Assembly (NCBI RefSeq): GCF_022045235.1
Contig: NW_027266343.1
Span: 372,001-436,000, forward strand
Direction: 5' to 3'
DNA from: Haliotis cracherodii
Lineage: Eukaryota
Length of the DNA stretch: 64,000 nt
Of this stretch, positions 1-12,345 are shown in pieces. The stretch's first letter is position 1, and every line of letters starts with the position of its first letter. The notes below the pieces were generated by a model. The model was given only the letters and a program-made list of their open reading frames with translations. It was not told the origin of the DNA and made no database searches. Both the position numbers and the translations under genes were made by a program.

Positions 1-1085
1 AGATACAAGTCTTTGGATAAACATTATCAAGTTTTGACCACGTGGTTAAAATCCGGGTAAGAATCGGCAGTCCGGATGCTAAATCAGAACCACTCAGCGC
101 CACTCAAAATTTTCTAAAATCTGATGACATTTGTATGCGCATTGTCTATCATGATAACATGTTGATTTTGTTGCTAAAGTAAAATTTATATGTAAAGGTA
201 TACAGAGTGTCTGTGATTTTTATGGAGGCTCTCAGCCACGTTGACTGGATTCAAATACTTGTGGTCACTGTGGTGGTGCTGGTTTCTTACTGACTGTATG
301 CGGCGTAAAACAATATTCACTTAGAACTCGCTGAAGTGCTTCGCTTAGGTGACAGTCGCATAAAACTTTTACATAAATCAACAGACGTTTGGTGCGGTCA
401 GAATTTTAGTGTTAGAAGTTTTGCGGATACTATGTTCAGCCTAGAATTACCAGAAACCTTTTGTTTATCGTAAGAATGAAAGTGTCACATACAATCGATT
501 ATGCCATTTTATACTGACAATTATACCCCATATACGTGATATTTGGCAGAAAATAAACGTTGATCAAGTTAATAGTATTATTTATTGCAACAATACATTG
601 TCGTTCCAGTGTTTTGAAATCCAACGAGGTCACATGACTCGTTTGCTGTGCCAGTGGCTCAAATGGGAATGATTATAAAACCAACGACTCGCCAATTGAA
701 GGGGTATGTAAAGAAATGTGGCTCTTACTTCGTGAATGATATTTCAGTAATGGTAACTCTGTCCATGTCGACAACTGACAATATGCACTTTGGTTTTGAT
801 TTCGCATTAACTGCTTGTTAGCCTATATGTTTCGTGGTGCAACTGCAAATGCTGATGCACGATGACCGCGTTCACCAGCTGATTATCGGATAATCCCTTG
901 TTGGGAAACAGTAGGGAGGTGTCCTCACTGCATATATGACACTAGATGTACATAACTGTACTGTTGCTTTTGAGATGATGTGTTTAGCTTTATAAATGTT
1001 CGTTTTGCATAAAAACATCCCTTTTGTGATCAGCCAGTGACAGACGGAAAGGGGCACTAATCTCTGGCTTCTTCTCGGCTGTCTA

Positions 1086-1204
1086 TGTTTGTTTGTTTGT
1101 TGTTTAACGCCGCACTCACCAATATTCCAGCTTTATGACGGTGGTCTGTAAATAATCGAGTCTGGACCAGACCATCCAGTGGTTGACATCATGAGCATTG
1201 ATCC
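1086..1204 (-). mobile_element. 3' portion of a SINE-like retroelement
   Basis: - strand ends GCTGGAATATTGGTGAGTGCGGCGTTAAACAAC(AAAC)n, the tail shared with the other SINEs; related diverged copy at 9354-9518. Confidence 0.65.
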
Positions 1205-2687
1205 TAGCTGCCGTGAGTTGATTTGCTTGCTAATGCATCTGAGCGTGACAAGAGACTGGACTACTGTCTGCAAGGACAGCTAAATAAACTTGGAGGCAAT
1301 ATTTGTTAACGCATTTTTGAACACTGATAATTTACCAGTGATCTATGAAGATTTTGACAGAGGGCGCATGTTAATAAATTTCTTCAGCGTAAACAAAACA
1401 GACAAAAAGAATGGCGGAGATCATTGGATGTCGTCATTTGGAAATACCACTGCTGGTTATAGTTAAATAATAAAAAAAAGTATCCATGCAGTGAAAGCAG
1501 TTTCGGATTTCGGATTACGTTGACAATACGATTACAACTCCCTTGTTGTCATCCATGTCTTCTGATATAACCATGATAACCCTACACTTGTGTATTTGTT
1601 GTCATTCACGTGATGCTCAGTTAACAAATTTATTACAGGTATATTGGTATTTAGGACCACTCAGATTACCTGTTAAAGGTTCCCATTTGGCATTTCTTGT
1701 GTCTGGGGTACTTATTCAATCTAAATCCAGGTTTGAAATGAGGTGAAACGTGTGTTATGTAATATGTACGTGGCAGCCCAGCAAGAGATGAATGATCCGT
1801 TGATTTACTTTTTTGTAAATCAACGGATCATTCCTAGCCATCAAAGGATTAACAGAAAATACATTGATAGATTAATCACTGTTATCTTGCACAGTGGATA
1901 TGTCAAAAGTAAGTGTTTACATGTGTAGGTTTACTAAAGCAGACGGAATACACTCATATCATGGCTTGAAGCGCCAATGTTAAAACAACATACTTTGTTC
2001 AAAGGGTTAACTGATAATACGTTGATTGATTGCACATTGTTATCTAACTCAATGGATTTTTTTTAAGAACCGTGGACATTAGGAAAATAGTTGTCACGTG
2101 GGCTTTCTCAGCTGACCTTTGAGACTTGACACCTTTGTGAAACACCTGAAACAAACTAAGTGATCAGTTGAGAAATGAACACGAGTTATGATATCCCGAA
2201 ACGCTACATATATTTTAAAATATTTGATTGTTACCATGGTTACAGTGACGCGTGACATAGAATAAGTTTCTTTGTACAGCTGCAGATGTTTGGGATATTG
2301 TTCCTTTGTGTGGATATTCACAGATACATTCCTCGAACAAGGTAGCTGCCTAAAATTATACATATAACTTTGGTTGGTATTGAACATGTTGAACAGAAAC
2401 ATAATTCTTGTTCTTCTTCATCCTGGTTGGGAAGTTCTTTGATAGACATTGTTTTCACAAGTATTTTCATTTGTAAGCATGTATATGTTACACTCAGTGT
2501 GTAAAATGTGATTCACTCAGGCAGTTTATAAAATGTCTAAATATTTTCATATTTTCCATTTATTTGACAGATTGATTAAAAATGTTTAAGACATTCAAAA
2601 GGGCTTACAAACATCACAATAGGTTAATTATGATAGCATTATACGCCAAGTAATATGGAAATGTACTTTTAATCCTAACATTTTCAG

Positions 2688-2956
2688 GGGGCACGGGTGG
2701 CCCAGTCGTCTAAGGCGCGGCGATTCGCTGTGCAGAGTTGCGTCCATTGGGCACGCCAGAAACCTATGATTGTGGGTTCGAATCCTGGTTTGCCCCGATT
2801 ATGTTTCTAGGTTTGTCAGCACCATACCTGTGCTCGTGGGTTTCACCGAAGTGGTAAACATCTAAGACCTGCATCACCTCGGGCTTTCATCTCACATTAA
2901 GCTGACACGCCGCGACATGACTGTAATACTGTTGAAAGTGGCGTTAACACAACTCA
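2688..2956 (+). mobile_element. tRNA-derived SINE, full length, with 14-bp TSD
   Basis: A box GGTGGCCCAGTCG, B box GGTTCGAATCC; TSD CCTAACATTTTCAG at 2674-2687 and 2957-2970; tail ...GTGGCGTTAACACAACTCA. Confidence 0.88.
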
Positions 2957-3397
2957 CCTAACATTTTCAGTCACTTGGAATTTGTTGTCATAATAATAAG
3001 GATGGACATATTTTTCAGTCAATTTGTTAAATAACTGAATATTTAGGCATCAATTAAACTTCCTGAGTGAAAATGTTACACATTTTGACTGTAAAAATAT
3101 ACACACGACTATCAATAAATGTGACAAATGCGCTTACGAATGGCGCAGAACAGGTCAAGAACTAGTCTAGATTTTTGCTCTGTCATCCGGGTACTCACTG
3201 GGAAGAACAACCAGTCCCGGGGAATTGCTTTAGATCAGTGCCCCTTTAATTGATAGCAAGGAGGTGGGACTGCTGGATTCTGCTGGATTCTGCTGGTTGT
3301 AGTCAAACCGGCCTCATGTCAGAACGGCCTCGAAACTCAAAAGTCAAAACGGCCACAAAAAAGTCATGAGTAGTAAAACCATGACCCAAGAGTATTA

Positions 3398-3500
3398 TGA
3401 ACTGTGATATATAGCTGTGATAAAGAACTGTGATATGGAACTGTGATATAGAACTGTGCTATAGAACTGTAATATAGAACTGTGATATAGAACTATGATA
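3398..3500 (+). repeat. ~13-bp minisatellite (GAACTGTGATATA)n, about 7-8 copies
   Basis: Directly visible tandem units. Confidence 0.85.
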
Positions 3501-3670
3501 TGGATGTTGTAGGAGAGGATTTGGATGTTTTGGTTGTTGTGATTGGGGCAGTTGCTGATATGGTCCGAGATGGCTGATTTACTGTCTGACTTGATGGTTG
3601 AAGTTTTTGTGCGCTGATTCTGGTGGTAGAACTTGCTGATATGGTCCTCTACTGTTAATCCTCCACCTAC
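3500..3670 (-). mobile_element. Penelope-like element GIY-YIG endonuclease remnant
   Basis: Translation ...KSDSKSAISDHISNCPNHNNQNIQILS resembles the PLE 'SAIxxH...H...IxIL' motif. Confidence 0.45.
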
Positions 3671-3676
3671 TATATA

Positions 3677-5135
3677 CACTGAACAACAAACGTTCCTGTG
3701 ACAATGAATAAGATTTAATGCAAAGTTATGTTTCTTACCAAATCTGAAACAATTTCGCTTTGCAACAGATAAAAGACTCCTGTAAGTGTTCAAATGATTT
3801 AATTTGCCATACTGACTTCAGAAAATGCGTGATTTCATAAAAAACATGAACATGCCAAAGTGTCAGTTTACAAATCAACAGCGTGTGTTTCCACCTCTGG
3901 TTGGGATGCAAGCAACACATCTTCGTCTCATGGAATGGACCAGGTGTTGCACAAAGTCCTGTTGGATATCTGTCCATATCTGCCGGAGCATGTTTCGAAG
4001 TTCCTGGAGTGTCTGTGGAACATCTCATCCCACATGTGCTCGATTGGTGAGAGATCAGGGGAGCGAGCCGGCCAGGGGATGACATTCACGTTGTTTTGTT
4101 GAAATGAACCCTGAACAAGTCAAGCCATATGAGGCTGGGCATTGTCATGTTGAAAGGTAATGCCTGGGCCATGACGACGCAAAAACGGTAGAACAACAGG
4201 GCCGATGATCTCGTCGCGGTAGCGCTGTCCATTGAGATTTCCCTCTACCACTATCAAACGGGTCCTCTGTCTTGCTGTAATCCTACCCCATACCATAACG
4301 CTGCCGCCCCCAAATTGATCTTCTTCGATGACACAGTGATTGACGTAATGTTCACCTCGATGTTGGTACACTCGAATCCGTCCATCGCTGTGGCTGAGGT
4401 GAAAACGAGACTCGTCAGTGAATAGAACTTGTCCCCACTGCATGGCCGTCCATCGTAGACGCTGTCTACATCACAGTAGACGTGCTTGACGGTGGTTTCC
4501 TGTCAAAATGGGACGTCTGACGAGTCTTCTGGCGACAATCCCTGCACATATGAGTCGATGACGTATGGTTTGTGAAGATATTCTTCGAAGGCCACTGATG
4601 CTTCTTGCACTCACTGTTGCTGGCTGGAATCGATTTCGTAGGTGTGTTGTTCAAGTTCAGTTGTCTTGTCGATTATTGGTTACGCGTGGCCTGCCATTCC
4701 GAGGATGGTCTCTGACTGCAATCATCTGTTGCCAACGTTGCCATAAACACCAAATGGTGTTTCTGTGGACGTTAAATTGTCTTGCAACATCACGTTGATT
4801 CAATCCTGCTTCAAGCATACCAATGGCTCGTAGACGCTTGGCTCGGACAGGTTGGCATTTCGTAATGTTGAATAATTGCGTTTTTCTGAGTGGTTGTTGT
4901 CAGCATGTTGCTAAACAATGCATATGGAATCCCGTTTACGCACATGTTTTTATACCCATTCTTGGGTAGTGAAATGCATGGGGCTTGCATAAAAGTCAAC
5001 TTTTGCATGGAATGCATGCTTTTCTGTAGCAGCTGCGTTTTTGTGACTTTATGTACTGCAAACTTGAAAACCAAACTTACCTTGTTTGCAAATACGCTAA
5101 AAAATTGGTGTCACAGGAACTTTTATTGTTGAGTA
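3677..5135 (-). mobile_element. Tc1/mariner DNA transposon, near full length, decayed
   Basis: 27-bp TIRs CACTGAACAACAAACGTTCCTGTGACA / TGTCACAGGAACTTTTATTGTTGAGTA (4 mismatches), TA on both sides; internal transposase. Confidence 0.93.
3875..4858 (-). pseudogene. Tc1 (DD34E-type) transposase pseudogene
   Basis: RAIGMLEAGLNQRDVARQF (HTH), GRPRVT, LFTDESRF, GGGSVMVWG, FQHDNAQPH, WPARSPDLSPIEHMWD, SMRRRCVACIPTRGGNTRC*; split by frameshifts and stops. Confidence 0.92.
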
Positions 5136-5760
5136 TATATTCTTTTCCATGTTCCTCTTCATTCAGTCTTGCCTTGTATAAGGATCTCTACCTAAACGTC
5201 ACCTTTACAGTATTAAAGAAGTTGTATCCATAAATTGTGTCTCCTTTGTCTCCTAAGTAATGCCAAGCAAACAATTCATCTTTGAGGACGTATCTGTACA
5301 AATTGCATGTTGTCAATAATACAAAACATGCCTATTAAAGGCCTTGGATACCGTAAGTGGTTGGGGGACAAGATGGCACCCTAGTAACAAGCTATTCAGC
5401 AGTGAAATAGACCAGTGCTGTGATTGGTTAAATGGCTTAAACTATGTATTGAAGCATTGTTCAAACCCTCAGAATACCTGCAAAATACGTTTCAGCTGTC
5501 ATGATATTACCAGCATTAACCCCTTCCTCTGATATGTCAGTATTCTCGATTGGAGGAATCATTATGTAAAATGACCTGTAGATGCAATTTTTATACATTT
5601 TTATAAGGAATTGTCAATACCCTCGTGAACGGAGCTGTCTGTCTATTTTTATCAAATAATGTTCTATGCAACGGAATTTTGGAAGACAATGACTAAAGAA
5701 ATGTGTCAATGTATGTTTGTTATTGTGTTCCAGCTATGGGAACACCACGATGCTGCTGCC

Positions 5761-5861
5761 ATGAACATGTCCCAGATCCCCTTCAACGTGTCGCTCCCTT
5801 TGCTGGGGGTAGGGGTCATGACCCTGCTTCTCTCCCTGCTCTTCTGCTGCTACATGTGGAA
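5761..5861 (+). CDS. RNF24: RNF24/RNF122-like RING-H2 E3 ligase, first identified coding exon (TM helix). Exon acceptor at 5733/5734; the true start could lie in an upstream exon
   Basis: ttccag| acceptor, GCCATG start, translation MNMSQIPFNVSLPLLGVGVMTLLLSLLFCCYMWK matching the RNF24/122 'LPLNIY...ILSLLFCCY' TM segment; donor AA|gtaagt (phase 2). Confidence 0.9.
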
Positions 5862-6139
5862 GTAAGTATACATACAGCTGCCCTTCAACTAATTCAACAA
5901 GTTATAAAAAACTATTCCACAAACTAATCCTATCACATAAAATATTTATGTCTATAAAATGTCTTTGTCATGGAAACCTTTAAGTGCTACACCATTTTTT
6001 CGTATTTCAAAAATTCAAGACACTTAGTGGAAATTTCCACATCTTGAATTTTCAAGATAAAAATAATAATTTTGTGGCCCTAATAAACTTCCATACTGTA
6101 TGGCATACAACTAAGTCTTCCTGATTCCTGAACAATAGG

Positions 6140-6268
6140 GGCGGTTGGGTAGCCTAGTAGTTAAAGCGTTCGATCGTCACGCCGAAGACCCGGGTTCGAT
6201 TTCTGGTGTCCCCCGCCGTGATATTGCTTGAATGTTGCTAAAAGCGGTGTAAAACCATACTCACTTAC
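6140..6268 (+). mobile_element. Short tRNA(Asp-like)-derived SINE with 14-bp TSD, internally deleted, in RNF24 intron
   Basis: GGTAGCCTAGTAG A box, GGTTCGATT B box; TSD TCCTGAACAATAGG at 6126-6139 and 6269-6282; tail GCGGTGTAAAACCATACTCACTTAC. Confidence 0.85.
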
Positions 6269-6540
6269 TCCTGAACAATAGGACTATCACTGAAATATTG
6301 TGTAGTGTGAAACGCCTCTATAATTGCCAAGTGGCCATTATCAAAGACGTTTTAGTTTCATCGATGTTTGAACTAAGCTTTTTCACTACCACTCCATTTC
6401 TTGAAAGAAATTTAACATGTTGAGTATGGTTTTGAAAGAGCCCCCTTCGTCAATCTTAAACTCCCAGAGCATTTTAATAGTGAAGTTTAGCATGTTTAGT
6501 GAACAACTGTTTCTGGTGCTGCATATACCTCTGTTGACAG

Positions 6541-6580
6541 ATTGAAGCGGGACGGGCGGAGAGAGAGGGGGTACAGGAAT
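6541..6580 (+). CDS. RNF24: RNF24-like coding exon 2 (40 nt, (K)LKRDGRRERGYRN)
   Basis: ttgacag| ... |gtaagt; phase 2 to 0 fits both neighbours; resembles the RNF122 'KLRNQAQSERYGYKE' juxtamembrane segment. Confidence 0.85.
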
Positions 6581-7060
6581 GTAAGTCCAATGATAACTCT
6601 CAGAAACAAATATCCTTTCATTGTGTGCATGCAATGGTTTATTCAGTATTAGACTAAAAACACAGCCAAGGATTTTCACAGGGAAATAATTTATATGGGA
6701 GTTTTTCTCCCCAAAATGAATGGAATTTTTAATATATTTTTTTGGATAATTTGTTTATCTAGAGCATTACCATGGATCTGTAAAACATTATACACAAATA
6801 AATAAAGCATTATGTCTTGACCAAAGCTTTTTAAAGTAATCTCTATTACATTTAATGAATTCGTTGTTAACTAATAAAATTCAGGGGAGCTCCTTATGGA
6901 AAATGGGAATGTTGGTAGATAAATACTTTTTCTACAGTTGAAAATGATTCATTTGGACAATATAAGGACATTTGTTTGCATATTGTTACCAGGCTTTGCG
7001 TTATGTGCGATATCCAAATATCCATCGTGCCAGATGGAGCGCACTTTGTTGTGTTCACAT

Positions 7061-7955
7061 TAGGGCTGGGACAAGTCCTGAGTTACTACCTGGGTACCCG
7101 CCGGCTGTTACTTGACCCTACCCAGCTACACACCACCGGCTGTTACCTGACCCTACCCAGCTACCCACTTGCTGTTACCTGACCCTACCCAGCTACACAC
7201 CACCGGCTGTTACCTGACCCTACCCAGCTACACACCACCGGCTGTTACCTGACCCTACCCAGCTACACACCACCGGCTGTTACATGACCCTACCCAGCTA
7301 CCCACCGGCTGTTACCTGACCCTACCCACCTACACACCGGCTGTTACCTGACCCTATCCAGCTACCCACTCGCTGTTACCTGACCATGGGCGGATACAGA
7401 GAGGGGGTGCCGGGGTGCGCACTCCCCCTTTTTATTTCGAAAAAAATCTTTATTTCTGTATAAATTACCACCAAAGACAATAAATAGATCTTAATTGTGC
7501 ACCCCCCCTTTTCAAAAAAGCTGTATCCACCCATGCCTGACCCTATCGGCTACCCACCGGCTGTTACCGGACCCTACCGGGCTACCCATTGGCTGTTACC
7601 TGACCCTACCCGGGTACCCACTATAGGTCTCAAGATTTGGGTACAAAATGTCTGATTGGGATTAGTTTGACCGTAGCCCTGGCAAAATGTATTCAGTTAT
7701 GTGTATGAAATGATCTGGTCATGCATACACTGAAGTTTATTCAAAATATATAAAGATCAGAAGAAATGGGTGCATAGTCCATGTAGTCAGAAAGAAGTGC
7801 GAACATTAGTGAGTTGTAGTGTAGAGTTCTAGATAATTTTTGCCATTAAACAATATATCACGTGACAAACCACGGGTCCAGGCCGTCCTGTGGGTTCCTG
7901 GGCCCTTCTCAGTACCCACCTGGCCCGGGTACCTGAGTTACCCGTCCCTGCCCTA
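7061..7955. mobile_element. hAT-like non-autonomous element with internal ~31-37-bp tandem repeats
   Basis: TIRs TAGGGCTGGGAC / GTCCCTGCCCTA; 8-bp TSD GTTCACAT / GTTCACAC; internal (CCGGCTGTTACCTGACCCTACCCAGCTACACACCA)n. Confidence 0.8.
7385..7535. mobile_element. 151-bp MITE nested in the hAT-like element
   Basis: 15-bp TIRs CATGGGCGGATACAG / CTGTATCCACCCATG (1 mismatch); CCTGAC duplicated on both sides. Confidence 0.85.
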
Positions 7956-8489
7956 GTTCACACCTTGTCCTGTCAGCTAGATTTCTAAGATGGGTAATCA
8001 GGCTGGTAATGTCTATTCTGCCAATAGCAATGAGATGTTATAGTTTTGCACAACTTGTGAAATACAGTTTTAAAGACGACCCATGTTATCAGTGATGAGG
8101 ATAGCTGCATTCCTGCTAGTAATAGTTAGTGGTGTAACGATATGGTGGGATGGCGATATGATACATATCCTGATACTATGGTTTTCATACAATTTGTATC
8201 TCAATACAGTACTTTTGTTTTAGGCAATGTTTTTTGAAAATATAGTGCAGGCGGCGGTGTCTTTTTTTTGGTTGTTCAAACCAGTATGTAACCAAATAAA
8301 CAGTTGTGAAACAAAATAAACAGTTGTATACAATTAACCTGGGAAAGGGCCTCCCTACATAAATGTATTCCTTGATAGTAAAATAATGGAATACAGTTTT
8401 TGACTACCATTAGACTTGGATATTTAAGGATTTTTAGGGGTTTTTTTTAAAATGGAAATTAAAACGAAACGTGTGATATTGGAACAAAG

Positions 8490-8862
8490 TTTGTCTGTCC
8501 GGTTCTCAAAGGGGACCAATTTTTCTCAAAAACTATTTAAGTCAGAGAAATGAAATGTATACACTGTCATGATCTCAAGTGAGTTTGAAAATTGGTGTTG
8601 TAAATTCAATTCTTGCAGAGTTATGGCCCTTGCACCGTGTTTTTCAACTTAGTGCATATTATGTGAAATGGGGACAAGTTTTCTCAGAAACAGTTACTTC
8701 AATAAAAGTTAGCATGCCTATCTCAGAGATACTTGTCAAGACTGAGTTCCAAAATTGGTCCCGTAAATCATTTGTTTGCAGAGTTATGGCCCCTGATCCA
8801 TGTTATTTTACTTGGTAAAAGGTGTCTGCAATGGGGACAAGTTTTCTCAGAAACTACTGAGT
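8490..8862. repeat. About two diverged ~160-bp units resembling Helentron/HINE central repeats
   Basis: TTTTCTCAGAAAC-like motif at ~8521, 8679, 8843; GCAGAGTTATGGCCC at ~8615 and ~8778. Confidence 0.5.
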
Positions 8863-9109
8863 TAGTTTATCTGAGAGACACTTATCATGACAGTTATATT
8901 TTGTGTGTATTAATTATACATTTGATCATTTTTTCTGATAACATAAACCAGTCAATCTCTTCTTAAGGCTTTCTAAGACTCTTTTTTTTATAGTTTATAT
9001 TCAATACTATATGAGCAAACAAAATTCTAATGTGCCTCATGGCAGGGTATAGGAATAACGCTGTTTTATTGTTTTAATTAAAATGTCAAAACCATTATCT
9101 TCTTTACAG

Positions 9110-9148
9110 ATTCGAACAGTGAAGGTAAAGAAGAAAGTTGAAACTGAG
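9110..9148 (+). CDS. RNF24: RNF24-like coding exon 3 (39 nt, IRTVKVKKKVETE)
   Basis: tttacag| ... GAG|gtaaga; phase 0-0; positional match to RNF24 'VILKEKVKELNLHE'. Confidence 0.82.
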
Positions 9149-9251
9149 GTAAGATTATGAACATGCAAACATCGTAAAATCAGTAGAGAGTTGAAAAGGG
9201 TCCTAATGGAGGGTAAGTCTTCTGGCTGTGAAACCGCCATCTCTGTTTCAG

Positions 9252-9331
9252 ACATGTGCCGTCTGCCTGGAGGAGTTTAAGTACAAGGAAACACTCTCCA
9301 TTTGTCCTTGTAAACACAAGTTCCATCAAAA
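9252..9331 (+). CDS. RNF24: RNF24-like coding exon 4, first half of RING-H2 ([27 protein letters not shown])
   Basis: tttcag| ... AA|gtgagt; CxxC...CPCKHxFH motif typical of RNF24/122. Confidence 0.93.
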
Positions 9332-9353
9332 GTGAGTTTTACAGCTGTTTCTT

Positions 9354-9518
9354 GAGTGAGTGAGTTAGCTTTCAACAGTATTTCAATTATATGTCTAGAC
9401 CTTGTAATATGATTTGGATTTGAACCCGGACCAGACAAACCAGTGGCTAACAGATCACATCCACGTCATTGGGACATGACACTCATTCAGCGAAGTCACA
9501 GAGCGTGCCACCTGATCC
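9354..9518 (-). mobile_element. Diverged copy of the 1086-1204 SINE family
   Basis: (ACTC)n tail; shared GGACCAGACxxxCCAGTGG block. Confidence 0.5.
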
Positions 9519-9589
9519 TCCCCAGGGAGCTGAGAATAAAATTTTAGTGCACACTGATCTAAAGCCAGGGTAATAATAATATACTGCAT

Positions 9590-10015
9590 GAGCATTCAAC
9601 GTTATGTTTCTTCATGTATGGGAGACCATAGGCCCATGTACATTTCAGTTATATATAGTAACACACAATTGAGGCAATTTACATTGAAAACAATACCAAG
9701 GGTATAATATTAGGTCTTTGTACGTAATAAATAATAGAGCTTCCTTCACATACTTAGCTACATGTCTGAGTATACAGTCATTTTGGCTGTATAGATTGCT
9801 AAAGTATCAATACATGGATTGTTATAGAATCTTACAGGAATATACTTTTGTCTCAATGATGCGTAAAACGGGCAGACAAACACAAAATGGACTTCGTCCT
9901 CAATACAACCATTGTTACATAGCCGACAAAAGCTTTGTGAATAAACAATATCCTCTCTTCTGCCCAGATTACTCCATAAAGGCATTTCACTTAATGAGCA
10001 TTCATTTGGTGAATT
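9590..10015 (-). mobile_element. 5'-truncated LINE 3' end (ORF2 C-terminal CCHC knuckle; RTE-X/CR1-group-like)
   Basis: ORF 9758..9985: FCRLCNNGCIEDEVHFVFVCPFYASLRQKYIP. Confidence 0.75.
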
Positions 10016-10022
10016 GAATTTG

Positions 10023-10445
10023 CAGGGCTCGATTTATCTATGTGAAGCATGCAGCATTGCAACCCATTTTTGAAAAATGCAACCTAATATATATGTCTAC
10101 ATCACCAAGTGCTTGTCAAAACATTTCAAGTTTGGGTCCACACAGAATCCATCTTTGAACTCACTCAACACCTCTAAAGTTTGTTTACCATTCCACATCA
10201 CTAATCCCTGTTATGTGTAATTTCTCATATTTCTTAGGTTTGATGTAATCAAACTGTGGGTGCTTCTAGATAAGCACATGTTCCTTTTACGTTTTACAGC
10301 AATGCAACATAGATTTATGTTACACTGGCTGCAGGATGGCCCATGTTTCAACTTTGATAAATTTATGGGACCAGGGTGCAGCCTGGTTTTGTTTGGTGCA
10401 ACTTGGTTTCCATTGCAACATTGTGCAAGTTAAATCAAGTTCCTG
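10023..10445. mobile_element. Possible degraded hAT-like MITE
   Basis: Imperfect TIR CAGGGCTCGATTTA / TAAATCAAGTTCCTG; repeated TGCAAC subterminal motif; no TSD found. Confidence 0.35.
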
Positions 10446-11144
10446 AAATGGAGCCCTGATGTGAACCTTCCCATCTCCTGTAGGATATGTCTGTGACATG
10501 CATGTTTACTATTGCATTATGGGTAATACAGAAACTGTTTGACTGATGAAGCAGAAATACGTCATGTATGTTTCTTGAAGTTTTGTGATTTTACTTTTAG
10601 GTTAAGACTAAACAGAAATTCTTCAAATTTCATTAAATGTTAAAACGTTTTCTTCAACAAAAAAAAGCTGAAACCTTAATTTGATTTGATTTGAGTTTGT
10701 TCAATGCATCCAGTTTTGCTGAAATAAGCTTATACTCAGAATCTTTAGTACAAATGTGCTATAATTCACCTTTGATGTTTGTAACCATAACAACAATGAA
10801 AGTCATGTCATGAGAAGGTCAACGGACAAGGTCACAATAAAATATACCAGCTAAAATCTTTTTGTTTACATATCTTTTTTTAAAGTAAAATTGAATGATA
10901 TAGTGGGGCAGTTAAGGCTAAAATTGTGCACTTTGGGTTAAAAGCACCAAACTTGGCACACTTATACATTGAACTGTTCTGAACATTTTTGGATATGTAT
11001 CCACCTCAGCATAGCCCCCTGGTGGTAGAAAATCCAAGATGGCCACCAACATGGCTGAACTCTCTAATGTTTTTTTGATATTGAAACTAGTTTGGTGTGT
11101 GGTTTTCTTAACCGATATTTATTTGTCATCTTGTTACATCCCAG

Positions 11145-11256
11145 GTGTCTGACACAGTGGTTGCAGCACAGGAACATTTGTCCTATGTGTAAAGCTAAAG
11201 TCCAGTATAACGCAGGGGAGACAACTAGCTTGATAGAGGGCGCAACACCCTTGTGA
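11145..11256 (+). CDS. RNF24: RNF24-like last coding exon ((K)CLTQWLQHRNICPMCKAKVQYNAGETTSLIEGATPL*)
   Basis: cccag| acceptor, phase 2; completes C3H2C3 RING (CLxxWL...CPMC); spliced CDS 372 nt = 123 aa + stop. Confidence 0.93.
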
Positions 11257-11462
11257 AACAAGTCCAGGCTCCATTTTGAAAGTGCTAGTAAGCTACTGCC
11301 TGACAAGCCAGACTGCAGACAATTGGACAGGATGCGGTGGAGACATCACAAGTGTTGAGAACCTATGCAACGTGTGTCATATGCAATTAAATATGTCTTG
11401 TTTTGAAATAATCCACTATATCCTGCTTAGATGTATCTCACAGTTACTGTACAGTACATTAG

Positions 11463-11694
11463 AACTGAAGGGGTCGACGGCACGGGTACTACAGATATGT
11501 ACCCATACCCAAATGTACCCTGATCAAGATCAGAATAGTACACGGTACCGAAATGGCATACAAGTCAATCCCACAAACGGAAACCGGTACAAGTTGTATA
11601 TCTGTATTCTAATTTTGGTTAGGGAACATTTCTGTATACCGAAAAGTACCTGGGGTAAATATCTGTTGTAACCTTGACGACAATTCCTTCAGTG
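11463..11694. mobile_element. MITE with CACTG-type terminus, in the probable RNF24 3' UTR
   Basis: ~42-bp imperfect TIR ACTGAAGG...ACAGATATGTACCC / GGGTAAATATCTGT...CCTTCAGTG. Confidence 0.6.
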
Positions 11695-12221
11695 TAAATT
11701 AGAACAGAGGAGAACTTTATGTATGTTCACCTGTATAGTTGAATCTGTTTGGCTGGGAAAGAAAATTATCTGTTTGTCAGTTTTACAAGGAATTTTGAAG
11801 TGAGACATAAAAATCAACTCCCTTTACAGTGGACAGAGTGGTGACCGTTCTTGTTGATATATGTAAATATTAAATATAATTAAGTGATTTTTAAGGTGCT
11901 AAATGTGTAATGGATGTTGTATCAGTAGAGTAGAGGATGTATCAGTTGTTTTTGTTTATAGATTTAGCTGAGTATAGATAAAATTAGAAAATAAGATAAT
12001 AATTGATTATTCTATTGAGTCATTTTAATTTGCAGATATGTATCCTGAGTGAAGGATGTATGAGTAACAATAAGGCAACATATTTTTATTTTACAGATTC
12101 AACCAAACAGCTGAAAACCACAATCAGAAAATAACATAAAATAGTTAAGTTAATTGTTAATGTTCATGTAATTACTCCAACTGTCTGATAATGGCGTAAA
12201 TATCCAGCAGGTGCTCTGACA

Positions 12222-12345
12222 AGTGAGTGAGTGAGTGAGTTGTATTTTCCCCAACAAGATTTTAGGGGACACCAAGATTGGGCTTCACACATTGTTTCAA
12301 TGTGGAGACGGGAACCTGGGACTTAGGTGGGGTGAGTGAACACTA
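12222..12345 (-). mobile_element. Degraded SINE of the same family as 6140-6268
   Basis: (ACTC)n tail on - strand; GGTGTCCCC core and B-box remnant GGTTCCCGTCT on - strand. Confidence 0.6.

Noticed and set aside
2688-2810. tRNA genes here and at 6140-6202
   Set aside because: A/B boxes are present, but each is followed by a SINE body and tail and flanked by TSDs; no intact cloverleaf.
10912-11060. DNA-transposon-like fragment (CCAAACTTGGCACA, TCCAAGATGGCCACC); similar hints at 3300-3360, 8127-8210 and 13540-13680
   Set aside because: No matching second terminus or TSD, so boundaries and family cannot be supported.
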